Positions 1 to 16,110 of a stretch of 64,000 bases of DNA are shown here, one piece after another. A program made the position numbers and the translations under genes. The stretch is taken from contig CM039003.1 of NCBI GenBank assembly GCA_017499595.2, positions 1,302,001 through 1,366,000 on the forward strand. Direction: 5' to 3'. This DNA is from Psilocybe cubensis (Eukaryota). The number at the start of each line of letters is the position of its first letter. The stretch's first letter is position 1. Under the pieces are notes generated by a model that saw only the letters and a program-made list of their open reading frames with translations, was not told the origin of the DNA and ran no database searches.

Positions 1-3616
<3,616 letters not shown>

Positions 3617-3827
3617 GTCCCTTGCGTGTATATATTTTAGAGAAAGTAAAGAAAAGAAATGGAGGGGGTATGTATGGGGAAGAGGTAGGCAGCGGGTTGT
3701 CCGACGAGCCGGCTAGCAAATATAGAAACACGTGATGTAGGATGAAGAAGAGTCGGCGACGGCTCCGAGTGTGCTTTGAAACGATTATAAGCTGATCTTC
3801 TCCTGGCTGCCACCTATCCATTCCGCT
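3617..3827. promoter_or_regulatory. Compact bidirectional promoter between GEM1 and the F-box gene
   Basis: Only 211 bp separate the divergent ATGs. TATA-like elements occur near 3628-3637 (TATATAT) and 3786-3790 (TATAA), plus a CACGTG at ~3729-3734. Confidence 0.55.
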
Positions 3828-5823
3828 ATGAACCTGACCGCTCTCCCTGTTGAGATCCTCATTCTCATTCTCGACCCTCTTGGAATCCACGAGCTCGCTG
3901 CTCTCTGCCTCACCAGCCGTGCCCTCCACTCCCTCGTAAGATCCCCCTTGACTAGTCATAATCAGCAGCTCACCCCGCACAGGTCACAGAATACGGCTGG
4001 TCGCTCTACCTGCACAACCACCCGCGCCCTGCCCCGAGCCTCACCGCCGCCCGTGCCCACTGGTGCCCACACACCCGCGTCCGCTTCGACGCCCTCACAG
4101 ACGCCGCCTGGTCCGCCGCCCTCGCACAAGCCCCTGCCCTCGCCTCCTTCATCGCCCGCCCCCTCTCCCGCACCTGGGCCGGAAAACTCCAGCCCGTCCT
4201 CGCACTCAGCCCTGCCCGCCTCGTCGTCGCTGCCGGCAGCACTCTCTACTCGTACGCCTTTGGCGCAAGTGGAACTGGGGAATCCGCCGCGCCGCGCGTG
4301 TACGCCGAGGGCGCGGTGTCGCTTTTGAAAACCCCTGAGCGGCCGCGGAATATCACCGCGATCACATTCGTCGAGGACGGTGCGCAGGACAGGACGCTCG
4401 ACGTCGCTTTCCAAGACGGCTCTGTCGAACGCGTCTACCTCACCCCCACCTCAGACGACTCTGGCTCCAGTCTCTCCTTTACCCGCTACACACTCCCGCC
4501 GATCCCTCACTCCGATTTCATCGAGAGCTTCTCTGCACACTCCACCACCCAGCTCTCCCTCTCCGCCAACGGCACCGCATCCCTCCACTCAACCACCTCC
4601 CCCTCCCCCTCCTCCCCCACCTCCTCCATCTCCCTCGCCACCCGAAGCTGGACCGCCCTGCTCTCCCTAACCTCCTCAACACCCTACACCGCCTTCGGCT
4701 CCTCCTCGCGCACACCACTAGCCGTGCACGCCCTCAGCTCAACCGGCGCCCTCCTCCCGCGCCCGCTCGCCCTGCTGCATACCGCCCGCACCGCCGACCT
4801 CCCTGCCGACCGCCTGCCAAGCAGCGCCGTCTACGGCCTCGCCCGCGGTCCCATCGGCGCACCATGGGGCGCGTCCCCCATGGTCCTCGCAGCAGGATGG
4901 TACGACGGGAAAGTCCGCGTATACGATCTCCGCGCCGCGGATCGCTGTTCCCCATTCCCCTTCTCTTCCTCCCCTTCTTCTCCTTTATCCACGTCAAGAA
5001 CACCCACACCCACCCCTCCCCCCGCGCCCCTCCGCCCAATGCTCACCCTCGCTGACCGCTGGTCCCCCGAGCCCATCTACGCACTCGCATGCGGCGGAGG
5101 CGGCGGCGCGGCCCATATCGCAGCTGGCACCGCGCGCCACAGCGTCGTCGCGTTCTGGGACGCGCGCGCCGCGTCCGTGCCTGTGTCTTATCTCGACGCC
5201 AGCTCCGGTGCTGGGTCTTCGTCTTTCGATGTACATGCAAATGCTACTGCTGTTGGAACGAGTGGCGTAAATGTAAATGGGACGGATAAAAGTGCTGCAC
5301 AAGGACAACCGCAACCTCAAATGCCAGGTCGAGGATGGAGCGTGCACGCACCAGGCAACGACGCGTCGCCCGTGTACGCGCTCGCCCTCGAGAGCGCGCG
5401 CGTGTGGGGTGTGACGCAGAGTCGGCCGTTTGTGTATGATTTCGTGAGTCGTTTGTTTCTTGTTTTTTCTTCGTTTCTTCGTTTCTCTTCGATAATCCGA
5501 GTTTTTTCTTCGTTTCTCTTTGTTTATTTTATCTATTTGTTCAATCTCTTCTAATACTAACTCTCATTTTCTCCCTCCCCCTCTTCTCAAACAAAACCAC
5601 CCCCCAAAACCACCCAAAAACCACCCCCAAAACCCACCCAAAAAAAACACAGGCCCCAACAACAACAACATGCACCTACCCCTTACTCCCACCCACTAAA
5701 GGGCTGGACGGCCTAAAACGTCAACGGGGCTCGCACCGCGCGACGTATTATACGCTGCGGTATGCGCATGGGGGGAGTGGGCTTGCGGTTGGAGGGGTTG
5801 GTGGTGTGTGTCGGGAGTATTAG
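3828..5823 (+). CDS. F-box protein with degenerate WD40-like C-terminal region (exons 3828-3935, 3983-5443, 5653-5823)
   Basis: N-terminal F-box motif LTALPVEILILILDPLGIHELAALCLTSRALHSL. Intron 3936-3982 joins it in frame to the 4298 ORF, which has WD-like motifs (LAAGWYDGKVRVYDLR, IAAGTARHSVVAFWDAR, SPVYALALESARVWG). Intron 5444-5652 is followed by a last exon ending TAG 5821-5823. Confidence 0.85.
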
Positions 5824-8730
5824 GTGGAGGGTGGAGGTTGAGGTTGGGTTGAGGTTGAGGTTGGGTGGGGTGGGGTGGGGTGGAGGGTTTTGAGGTGTTG
5901 AGGTTGAGGTTGAGGTTGAGGTGGGGTGTTGAGGTTAGGTTTTGAGGTTGTAGGGAGTTTTAAGGTGAAGTGAAGTGAAGGGTTGAGGCATTGAGGTCTT
6001 GAGGGGTGCCACCGGCTGGGGGTATCAATATTAATATTGAGGCATTGAGTTAAGGCATGCCGATGTAACTCATCACGCCCACGCCAACCTCCAACCTCCA
6101 ACCTCCCGCAAACACCCATACCACTCCACCCTCCAACCTCTAGCCTCCAACCTCTAGCCTCCAACATGTCAACGAACACCAAGACGCGCGGTGCGACTCC
6201 ATGAGTCCGTCACACCATCACACCATCGACAGCGACATCGACAGCGGCAGTGACAGCGGCAGCACGGATGGGTTCGCAACACGTAGCACGACACGACACG
6301 GACGCGACACGAGACGGACGCGACACGTAACACCGAACATCGAACACTGAACACTGAACACTGAACACTGACACTGAACACTGAACACTGAACACTGAAC
6401 ACTGAACACTGTACACTGAACACTGAACACTGAACACTGAACACCGAGCACCGAACACCGAACAACGAACATCGAACACTGAACATCGACACTATTACGA
6501 TAATACCTAATTCATAATATCTACCACACGCATCGCATCCACGCATCCACGCGTCTTTCGACTCCAAACTCCAAACTTATGACTCCTACTTTCCAACCTC
6601 CTACCTCCTACCTCCAACCTCCGACCTCCAACCTCCGACCTGCTAACACCCGACTCTACCCCTCTCGTCAGGGACTGGACTTTCAGCGTAACCGTTAACC
6701 GTTAACCGTTACTGCGCCGTGCTACATGCAACAGTGCCGTGCAGTGGACCGTTGGACGTACATACATACTTATACAATTGCTTACTGCACACTGCACACT
6801 GCACACTGCATATTGATGCGGGATATGCGATGTGCGATGTGCGATGTGCGATGTGCAGAGTGGGGATGCGGGATGCACGCAGACGCTGACACGGACGCTG
6901 ATATGAATATCGACAAGGACATGGACATGGACATGGACACTGGCTCTGTAGATTAGATGTACATGTACAATGGACGTAACCTGTAACCTGTAACTTGTAA
7001 AACTATAACCTGTAAACTATAAACTATAAACTATAAACTATAAACTTTTGTATATCGCAAGTTATAATCCCCGACTCATGTTACCCTCAACACTGGACAC
7101 TGGACACTGGACACTGGACACTGGACAAACTATAATGCAGCATCTCACAACCAAAACCAAAACCAAGAGCTAAGAGCAAATGGCAAATGGCATTGACTTC
7201 ACTCTCTGTGTCTGTGTATATTCGTATTCGTATTCGTATATATGTGCACGTAGGTAGGTATGTAAAATTGTATGTATGTAAAACTAAAGTTGTAAACATA
7301 GTTGATAAATTGTAAATTGTAAACAGTAAACAGTAAACAGTAAATGAAAATTGTGAATTGTAAGTAGTTGGGCGGGGGCGGGGGTCTGGTGTTGCAAAAG
7401 TTGGGCAGTCGGGCAATTGGGCAGTCGGGCGCGGGATAATCATCGTCCAAGTGCATATTGGCATTGGAATCTGAACTGGAATCTGAACTGAAATTGAAAT
7501 GGGAATCGGAAAGTGGATTGGAATTGGGACTTGGAAAGTGGATTGGAATTGGGATTAGGATTTGGATTTGGTGTTCGTCACGTCATAGTTCGTAGTTCAT
7601 GATGATGGTCGTTCCAAAATATAGAAAGTAGAAAGTAGAAAGATAGATAGATAGAAAGTGACGAGGAGTGAGGAGTGATGAATGGGGAATGAGGAGTTGG
7701 GAATGAGGAATGAGGAAAGAAGAATGAAAAAAGCACCGTTGAAAAAGTTAAAGTTGAAGTTGAAGTTGAAGTTATACTTGAAGTTGAAGAAAGAAGAAGT
7801 TCGAAGTTCGAAGACCGTACACCACCCAAAAGAAAATAAAGGTAAGATAAACCACTTAAACTCAACATCCAACACTCAACAATCCAATCACCAATCACCA
7901 AGGGCAAAAAAGTCGAAAGTCGAAAGTCAAAAGTCAAAAGTCGAAGGTCGAAGGTCGAAACATTTCAATCAGAAAAAAAAATCATGATAGAAACACCGAA
8001 GAAATGACAAAAAAAAAAAAGAATTTGAGGAAAATAAGGAAGCTACAAGCTACAAAGCTACAAACATACAGACCTACAAATTTCACATTCCACATTTCAA
8101 TCCACAAATATTCATATTCAATACACATTCACAAAAAAGAGAAAAGAAAAAGAAAAAAAAGAAACGAATCCGAAATCGAAACCGAAACCGAGGGTGATGT
8201 GTACTATACACGAAGATTGAAAAATTCCCCTTTACCAAAAAAAAAATGACAAAAAACAAAAAAAAATGAGGAAATGAGGAAAAATGAGGGAAATGAACGA
8301 AGAAAGATGAACGAAAAAAAAAAGAAAAAAAAGAACAAAAAAGAAAAGATGAAAGATGTGTAGAGAGAGAGACAGATGATAGAGAGAAATAGAGAGAGAT
8401 AGAAATATAGACGAAAGAGAATAAATAGCTTATAAAATGAAGTTTTTGCAAGCCCCTGCAAGGTCATGTTATGTCATGTGTCTTTTTTTTCTCTTTCTTT
8501 TTTTGTTGTTTCGATGTGCGTTGTGCGTTGTGGTTCTGGGTTTGTTGTTTCAGTCAAACGCAATGGTGCAGTGTGCGATGTGCAGTATGAGTGTGAGTGT
8601 GCAATGTTCCAGGATGTAGGCGATGGCAATGGCAATGGCAATGGCAATGGCAATGGCGAAGGTGAGGGCGATGCGATGCAATGGTGTGAGCGTGAACGTG
8701 AGCGGCGGGTGTGTGAATGATGACGATGAT
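5824..8730. repeat. Mosaic microsatellite/low-complexity field between convergent 3' ends
   Basis: Many adjacent short tandem arrays: (TTGAGG)n, (CCTCCAA)n, (ACTGAAC)n, (TAACCGT)n, (CACTGCA)n, (GCGATGT)n, (AAACTAT)n, (CACTGGA)n, (GTAAACA)n, (AAGTTG)n, (AAGTCGA)n, (GGCAAT)n and A-rich tracts. Confidence 0.95.
6342..6485. repeat. Heptamer tandem array (GAACACT)n, roughly 18-20 imperfect units
   Basis: Directly visible: gaacactgaacactgaacactg..., with variant units (GAACATC, GAACACC) at the edges. Confidence 0.95.
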
Positions 8731-8731
8731 G

Positions 8732-11700
8732 CTATGAAGACGACGTAGCCTGCGACTGCGACCGCGTCGCCCAATTAAACAACTGCCGCATATCGCTCGT
8801 GGGCGGGTTATCAGACGACTGTTTCGGCTCAACAAGCAAACTAGGTAACAAAAAAAAATGCATTAGCTCACGCCTTGAAACAATAAGTAAATAAAACTAT
8901 GAACGCACCTGCGCCGATACAGGTCCTGCAAGTCTCCATGATGCTTCGACTTTTCAAACGCCACGTTCAAATACTCCTGCACCTCCGGGATCGCTTTCAA
9001 ATTATACGGAGCCTGGAACCGCTGCATATCTATCAAACGCAAAAAAAGAAAAACCATAATCAATCCCAAAAATAAATACTATTGACACAACACCAAAGAA
9101 ACGGACCTTGTACAATCCTCGCAAGTTTATGGTACTTGTTAAAATTGAGGAGCTTCTTGCTCGGATCGGTCGGCGAAGCGCGGTGGGATGGGTTGCCCTC
9201 GCGGCAGAACGTGACATCAGTAAGGTACAGACCTATCACACCACAACGGTAAAGAGAAAAAAAGGGCAAGGTGGGTCAAGTTCCATCCGCTACAACCACA
9301 TAACAAGCAAAAACTCACCCAAAAACGGTACAGCAGGGGGCGCCGTGTTACGTAGTTTGCTGCGATACTCGTGGTAGTTCCGACTGTGATCAGCCAGTCT
9401 TCTGAGTGACTCCAGCTGCGCCTTGTACTTTTGAGATAAGCCCTGCAAAGAAAGGAAAAAAAGGAAACGTAACCAATGAGCCAACGAAGGATAGCCAGGT
9501 ACAGGTGTTGATGATACTCACAGACCAGGTTTGATGCAGACGTGATATCACAGACGAATCCAGCGCCGCCAGTATTGATCGTGACGTGCTAAAGTTATTC
9601 AGGCCCGTGCAGCGCTAACAGAAGGTCAGCGAACTAACCTCGAAACGTTAGAATGCGAACAAAAAAAAACATACATCAGCAACTTTGACAAAGAATTTGA
9701 CCAGCGACGTCCGTTTCTTGATATCGGGCTCGTTCAAGATGCTCTCTGCCACCCAGCCAGTGATGACCGTGCTCAGCGTGCTCACAGCTCTAACATTGAC
9801 AGGCCGCGTCGCGCCCTCCTGCCCGCTCTCCAGAATCTCTTCCGGTTGAATGGCGCAGTACAGATTACACTCCATAATAGTCAACTGCCGCGCGAGCTCC
9901 AGCGCGTCAAAGTCGGTGATCACGATGCTCGCAAAGTCCTTCTTCCTCAGCGCGACCAGCAGCGTCTTGGTCATCGTCGGCCGTGGAATCTCGCTGTTCA
10001 GAACGAACGTCGACGGGGGGTTAATAGACATCCCTGGATCGCGCGACCGGTCTGCCTTGGGGCTGACAGTTTGGTCCGTCGCCTGTCGGCGCATTTCGAG
10101 AAGGTCGAGTATCCGTTTCGCTGGGCCAGGAAACAAAACGCCCAGGCCGTCGCGCGTGAACGTCGTCAGCGCTGACAGCGCGACATCATCGACGCCCTGC
10201 CGCCAATAAAGCTCCACCCACATCTTAATAAAGTTAGACACTCGCAGCCGTACTGGAATGCCTTTACGCTGCTGCCATAAATGAATGTCTTCATTTGATA
10301 TACCCGGCGGTGGCTGGAGGTTATGCCGTGAAATAATAGCATCGACCAGCTCGGTCGGCGAAGAGAACAATCTGAATGTCATAAAGAAGATAGCAGAGAA
10401 TGCCGGATCGACGATGCTATCGTGCGGTGTCATCTTCTCAACTAGGACGTCCATTGTCGCACCCACAAGATGACCTTCGCTGTTATAAGCTACATCGTCC
10501 ATCGAATAATCATGCCCAAACATCCAAGAGGAAGGATCCTGCAAAAATTCCGGAGCGGGATTGAAAGGCACGTTGGACAGTTCTCCATGAATGATCTTCT
10601 CTTCCAGGTCATTCGCAGGGAGCCCTCGCAGGCTTCCTTCCCAAGTCGTACCGTCATCATCCGTGTGCGCCAACGAAGTAGGCGAAGGTAAATCCGGCTC
10701 GATGGGTGTCCGGGATGCAACAACAGGAGCCAACTTGCCCTGACCCCCTTCATCTGGTGAAGTGGCACGTGTCTCGTCCGAATGCATGTACGAAGACTTG
10801 GAGAGGGTGCTAAACTCAGACCCGGAGGAAATTTCCCGTGATCGTAGAACAGGCGACGGCGTTTGAGCTTGGATAGTAAGGTCCTCGTCCTCCATGCCAT
10901 TAAGATGGTACCCATTCGAAGTACCGCCGCCAAGTTGACCCGCAGAAGAACTCGATGCTGCCGCCATAGAAGGCTTGATAGGGGTAAAAGGGTGGGAGAT
11001 CATACTGTCAACATGGGGCAAGTTGACGATGAAGGGTTTGTCGCCGACAGAGCGATTAAGGCAGACTTTTACGGCTGCCACACAGTCGGCCCCTGCTTTT
11101 AATGCCCCAGTCGCTGATCGTAGAAGAATTTGCTTTTCAGCTTCTTCTGATGTGGTAGGGGGGAGAGAAACCGTTAGAAGCCTTACTGACTCGGCCAAGG
11201 AGCTGGTGACGTTGTAAAGTCCCTCCTTCGCGGACCTGAGGTTGCCCACCCGGTTGGGAGGAATATCAGGATGTTGCATCACTGCCTCTACAATGGTAAG
11301 CAGTTTGCAGACCATGTCCACGATTTCCTTGACTAGGTCATATAGCACGCCTGTACTTGATGCGTACGATGTCCGAGAATGAGAATGTGCATGTCCAATG
11401 AAAGCGGCGATAGTAGATAGATAGTGGTCGTGAGTAAATCGTAGAGCCTCCATCACTTGAGCTGCAGTTGAGGGGCCTTGAGGAAACGGGGCTGGAGTTG
11501 TCGGTATTGATTCTTGGGACGACATCGAGGATATTGAGGATATACTATCAACGGATGGTCCTGATTTGTGACGCATATAGCCGCGATCTCGAAGAAGATA
11601 CTGTTCTTGTCTCGCACGAGCTAATGATCTGGCCAATCCAGGACTATTAGCAGGTTCTGGGGGCCGTTCTCTGGAGCGCGGGCCAGCTATCCGCACGCCA

Positions 11701-12937
11701 GGCCTAGGCACGATAGGATTCGTTGACCGACCTCTATATTGTGTTGGGGTTTTAGTCGGTGAATCTTCATGTTCATCGTTGTCGGCATGATATGCCTGCC
11801 CAGCAGATGAGGCAGGGGTGGCAGTCCTCATAGACTCCTGCTCTTCAGGGAGCTCTACTCCACATTTTACCGCGACCGCCAGAAATGACCGCACTTGTGA
11901 AAAAACTTGGCCTCCGAGCCGTAACATTTTCTGAACTTCGCTTTCTTGAGCATCGCCAACCAATTTGCCTTCAGAAGCCTTCTTGGCCTGAGAAACCAAG
12001 TTAGCTAGAATAGTCAATATCTGTTTGCGCTCCTCTGCTAGCACCGAAAATCGCTGTAGAATTGGGGCATCTCGCTGCAAGGTTTCTGTTGAGGCCAAAA
12101 TAGCACGGACGCAAGATATGATACATGCAGTCGACGGTTGAAAATGGGCTATACGATTAGAACGCACGGCGTTCTGAAGAAGAGACAAGCCATGCAATAA
12201 AGGAATCATAAGAGGTGGACAATATGGATCATCAGGGTCCTGTTCTGATGAAGCGGACAACGATAAATTATGTTCATGGCGGTCGTGTCGTGTGTTGTGG
12301 TTTTTCGATGCTACAGTGGCCCATGATGTCGCAGAAGATCCAGATTGGCTATGACTGTGACCACGCTGATTTTTTATAAGTATTGATTGACCAAGATCAA
12401 GAAAAACTAGCTTACAGAATTTATTCCTATAGGTTCCTCCTCCGTAAGAGGTGTTATATCTGCGTTGACATAATTGCTCGGAAACCATCCACGCCGACCT
12501 TCCAATTCTCCATCCCACCACCCACTTGGGTCTCGGTTGAACACATGGATGACCTGACCCGTTCGAAAAGATAAACAGGTGGCACTTTGTGATTGAGGAG
12601 AATAATCGTGCATTGCGAGAACGTAATCAGGCCCTAGCCGGACCGTTTCGTCGATTGCAGGACTAGGTGACCGTGATCGCGAGCTCTGTCTTGAAGATGG
12701 TAACTTGAGGGATGTTGCAGATGCATTTGTCGACGAAGACGTTGGGGAAACGATGGATAGTGAGGAAGCGGTTGAAGCGTTAGAAACGCTGCGTCCTCTT
12801 TGCATGTGGAGAAAACCGTTGCTGGGCCCTGCAGAACCTGGTGTGGGTGATACACTTCGCTGGCGATGGTGTAATTTAGCGGAAGATGGTCCTGCACTCA
12901 TTCCGGTGGTCGTGTCTATGGCAAGACGCGAATGCAT
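8732..12937 (-). CDS. CDC25: Cdc25-like Ras guanine-nucleotide exchange factor (SH3 + REM + RasGEF catalytic domain)
   Basis: SH3: YVLAMHDYSPQ...LSFRTGQVIHVFNRDPSGWWDGELEGRRGWFPSNYV. REM: LVGATMDVLVEKMT...FFMTFRLF...VRLRVSNFIKMWVE. Catalytic: FDALELARQLTIME...ITGWVAESIL...PAVPFLG|LYLTDVTFCREGNP...LLNFNKYHKL...LYRRSLLVEP. Introns include 12366-12415, 9615-9674 and 9443-9521. Stop TAG at 8732-8734. The symbol means the Ras-GEF family, not the phosphatase; exact orthology is not established. Confidence 0.93.
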
Positions 12938-13800
12938 GGTGGTGTAGTAGTAGTCTGTGCAGAAAGTCTGATTGATAACTGCCTATCATTATAAAGTACA
13001 TAAATAAATCAGGATTGAGATCCGTATATCATTAGGACGTACAAGGAGATAATCAATCCTCTCTACTATCCAACAATCTTTGTCTCCTTAAAAGTCGAAA
13101 TTGTCCCGAAGAAGATTGAAATTGGTTGGTTTAAATGAGGATCGACAAGGCAGACAGAGATGCCGTTTTTTTACAAAACGAAGGGTATTAAGAAACGAAG
13201 AAACAGCCAGAAGGCAGGGCGATTAACGTAGGATGAGCTAGAGAGATTGAAATATATCAAAAATGGTGTTTTGAAATACAATGTCCCTTCCGCGCGAGGT
13301 GGGTAAAATTCCTGAATTCGAGGGGCCGAGAAGCACAAAAGATGTTACAAGGGAACAGGATGGTATAAGCGCGAAAATAAGAAAAAGTTTGAGAGCCTGT
13401 TGGAGCCTGGTGTTGGCCGTTGCTCTAAGGCCCGCGAATCTCTCGACCACAATCTGCGCCGCAATCCGCATACCAACTTGACCACAACATTGCCAAACAC
13501 CGCCTCCGCCTTATCCTTGCACCTCCATCTTCTTTTCTCGCCGTCTCCGATCCACCTGGATAATATTCAAAAAGTGCACTTGGGCGCGTGTACTGATATA
13601 CTGTTTCCAGAACATGCATGCCACAGAAGCCTGAGCCATCGCCGAAACTCGCGGCACAGTTAAATGAATGCCACTGCTACATGTAGCCGCTAAGGGTGCC
13701 ATGCAACACCAACGCGCAACGTACAAGTATCCAGACTCCAAATGTTTCCGCCATCTCTCTTGACTCCTTGAGTCCAATTCTTGTACTTGCTCATGCGGAA

Positions 13801-16110
13801 ATGGCAGAGCATCTTGACTATCAACAACGTAGTCGAGTACCTTCATCAGCCCGGCCTCATGAGGGTCTTCCAGGTTCATTCCCTAGGACAAATCGGTATT
13901 CGCATCACAGCGTCGCTCCCAGCACACGAAATTGGGTGACAAGTACTCAGCAAAACCCTCCTGGCCCCCCTCCTCCACAACCAATCAATGTTCCTTCCCC
14001 AGTTCACGTCCCTCGACCGCTCCCGATTCCCCGTGGCCAAGGCCCCCTTCATGTTGTTAACAACCCAGAACCTAAAAAAATGGACGACAGTAAACGACCA
14101 ATTGGAGATGCTCAACCTCCTCTTTTCACACAACAGCCAACGACTTTCGATCCCAGTTTTGGAGCTCTACGGCCTCGCAAAAGGAAAACTTTCGTTGGCG
14201 GATTCGTTAGGAGGATTCGAAAACTTCCAAAAACTGTTTTTGGATATGGTGCAGGATCAGGCAAACCTGACTTGGGGAACACTGGGCCTCATGCTACCTC
14301 AGACACAGGTACTGTAAGCAGCATCACTGGAATGAGCACTGGGAATACTCTTCCCCTCTATACTTCAAATCCTACAACTCCTGTAGTTCCAGGCCAAGTA
14401 CCTTCTAACTTGACTGGGTACCGCAGACCTCAGCCTCACATGATGACATCGGAACCGACCATTCCAGAGTCACCTCTTCCGTCCGTTGTTCGTCTAGATG
14501 ATAACAGACGTCCCAATCCAACTTTCAGAATTTCGCCACCCTCTGCAGAAGTTGAGCCTCCCCAAAATGCGCGACTTTTTGCAGCAGATGGCGAACCTTT
14601 CCTCGATCATTCTGTGAGTGATGGTCCTCCCACCAACTCTGCTGACAGAACGACGTTTCTGGTGTACAATGAGCCAGAGACACAATACCACTCCAGAAAT
14701 TCGCATGCGCCTGGTCTTACTCCTCCACCAGTCGCGCGACAAATCAGCAGTCCGGGACTTTCGTATGTCAGTTCTGAGCCTTTGGCACCAATCAGACCGA
14801 CGTCATTTCATAGCACGCATGCTCATGTCCCTCCAGCCATCGAGACACATCAGACAACTTCAACCTCGGCGCCTGCGCCTGCGCCTCGCACATCCTATTC
14901 ATCTCAAGCCCCTACTCCTCGTGTTACTCCTCCGTCTCTAATACCAGGTGCAGTCAACTCCTCGTCGGGCAATGTTGTCCAAGACCATTTGTTGGATCTC
15001 CAGCCAAAAAGTCAGCCAATTGAACCCACTCAGGTGACAGCTGAGGCTATTCAGTCCCCAGTTAGCGTTCATCCAAACCCAGCTGCGGATTATCTCAAAA
15101 TGTCGTTGTCCCCCGAACCTACCTCGAATGGCACATTGACTTCGGGCACCTCCTACTACGATCCCTCTTTCTCATCGGACTTGAACCCTGTCGAGAGGTT
15201 TTTCAAGGGTCTTTACAACATGCCTTGGATTTCGCATAACCGCGTCACTGTTGATTATTTTCCTGGGGAAGGATTAGGCAAGATGAAGAAGAAGAAATTT
15301 AGACCGGCCACATCGTGGTACCAATCCATCTTATCGAGGTCTAGACGAAGTAGCGCTTCTCTCGACCTGTTGAGTAGCGGGATGAACAGTGAGGCGTCGC
15401 CACGGCATAGCTTAGCGACGGGTGTGGCGCTTGCTCTGGGCTCACCGCTTTCTGGTTCTCGGCGCAGCAAGACGGCGTCTGACAGAAATCGGAGCACTCA
15501 CAGGTCCCGTCATCAGTCATCTTCTGGTCGACGCGACCGCCGCCACCATCGGCACCACCATACCAACAACGGCGAGAAAAAACGTCGCCACACTGCTACC
15601 ACCATGGACAGTACAGACACCGGCGTGAATCCGAAGTACGCTGGGATCAAAGGAACAAGTCCACTGATCCCGTCTGCGTATCCGTTCCAATATCCGCCAT
15701 ATCCGTATCCAGCTTTCCCTACATTCCCAATGCCGTTGACTTTGCCAGCTTCAGCTCCTGGTGTCCTTTCTGGACATGATCCGAATCAGCCTCCGCAAAT
15801 GGCATTGCGCCCCGAAGACAGGCCTACTGTTCCACGTGGACCACGTGTTGAACAGCAACCTTTATTGTATGCACCGGCTGGGTACGCGTTGAATTCGTAC
15901 CAACCTGTGATGCCGCCTCCTCAGTTCTATGTTTTATCATCTCCACCTCAAGCCAACGCGTCTAATCTGTTTCATAACGCTGCCACGGTTTCGAATAACA
16001 ACGGAAATTCCAGCGCTGGCGCTACTGCCTTAGCGTCCCAGGAACCCCAACAAACCTCCACCCACACCGGAGTGATGTTCATGCAGACTATACCTGGGTC
16101 GTTCAGTTAA
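13801..16110 (+). CDS. Hypothetical intronless Pro/Ser/Thr-rich, largely disordered protein (~769 aa)
   Basis: Uninterrupted 2.3-kb ORF, first in-frame ATG at 13801. Short ordered-looking islands (RKRKTFVGGFVRRIRKLP; FFKGLYNMPWISHNRVTVDYFPG) and basic/His-rich tracts. No recognisable domain. Confidence 0.85.
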   Translation: MAEHLDYQQRSRVPSSARPHEGLPGSFPRTNRYSHHSVAPSTRNWVTSTQQNPPGPPPPQPINVPSPVHVPRPLPIPRGQGPLHVVNNPEPKKMDDSKRPIGDAQPPLFTQQPTTFDPSFGALRPRKRKTFVGGFVRRIRKLPKTVFGYGAGSGKPDLGNTGPHATSDTGTVSSITGMSTGNTLPLYTSNPTTPVVPGQVPSNLTGYRRPQPHMMTSEPTIPESPLPSVVRLDDNRRPNPTFRISPPSAEVEPPQNARLFAADGEPFLDHSVSDGPPTNSADRTTFLVYNEPETQYHSRNSHAPGLTPPPVARQISSPGLSYVSSEPLAPIRPTSFHSTHAHVPPAIETHQTTSTSAPAPAPRTSYSSQAPTPRVTPPSLIPGAVNSSSGNVVQDHLLDLQPKSQPIEPTQVTAEAIQSPVSVHPNPAADYLKMSLSPEPTSNGTLTSGTSYYDPSFSSDLNPVERFFKGLYNMPWISHNRVTVDYFPGEGLGKMKKKKFRPATSWYQSILSRSRRSSASLDLLSSGMNSEASPRHSLATGVALALGSPLSGSRRSKTASDRNRSTHRSRHQSSSGRRDRRHHRHHHTNNGEKKRRHTATTMDSTDTGVNPKYAGIKGTSPLIPSAYPFQYPPYPYPAFPTFPMPLTLPASAPGVLSGHDPNQPPQMALRPEDRPTVPRGPRVEQQPLLYAPAGYALNSYQPVMPPPQFYVLSSPPQANASNLFHNAATVSNNNGNSSAGATALASQEPQQTSTHTGVMFMQTIPGSFS

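Noticed and set aside
6342..7130. Repeat arrays superficially like a CRISPR or RiPP-precursor repeat
   Set aside because: These are head-to-tail 7-mers with no unique spacers, no cas genes and no signal peptide/KR-repeat ORF, and the DNA is eukaryotic.
5820..8835. Many 60-130 aa ORFs with repetitive translations (SVQCSVF, STSTST, GNGNGN)
   Set aside because: They are by-products of microsatellites lacking stop codons, with no coding signature.
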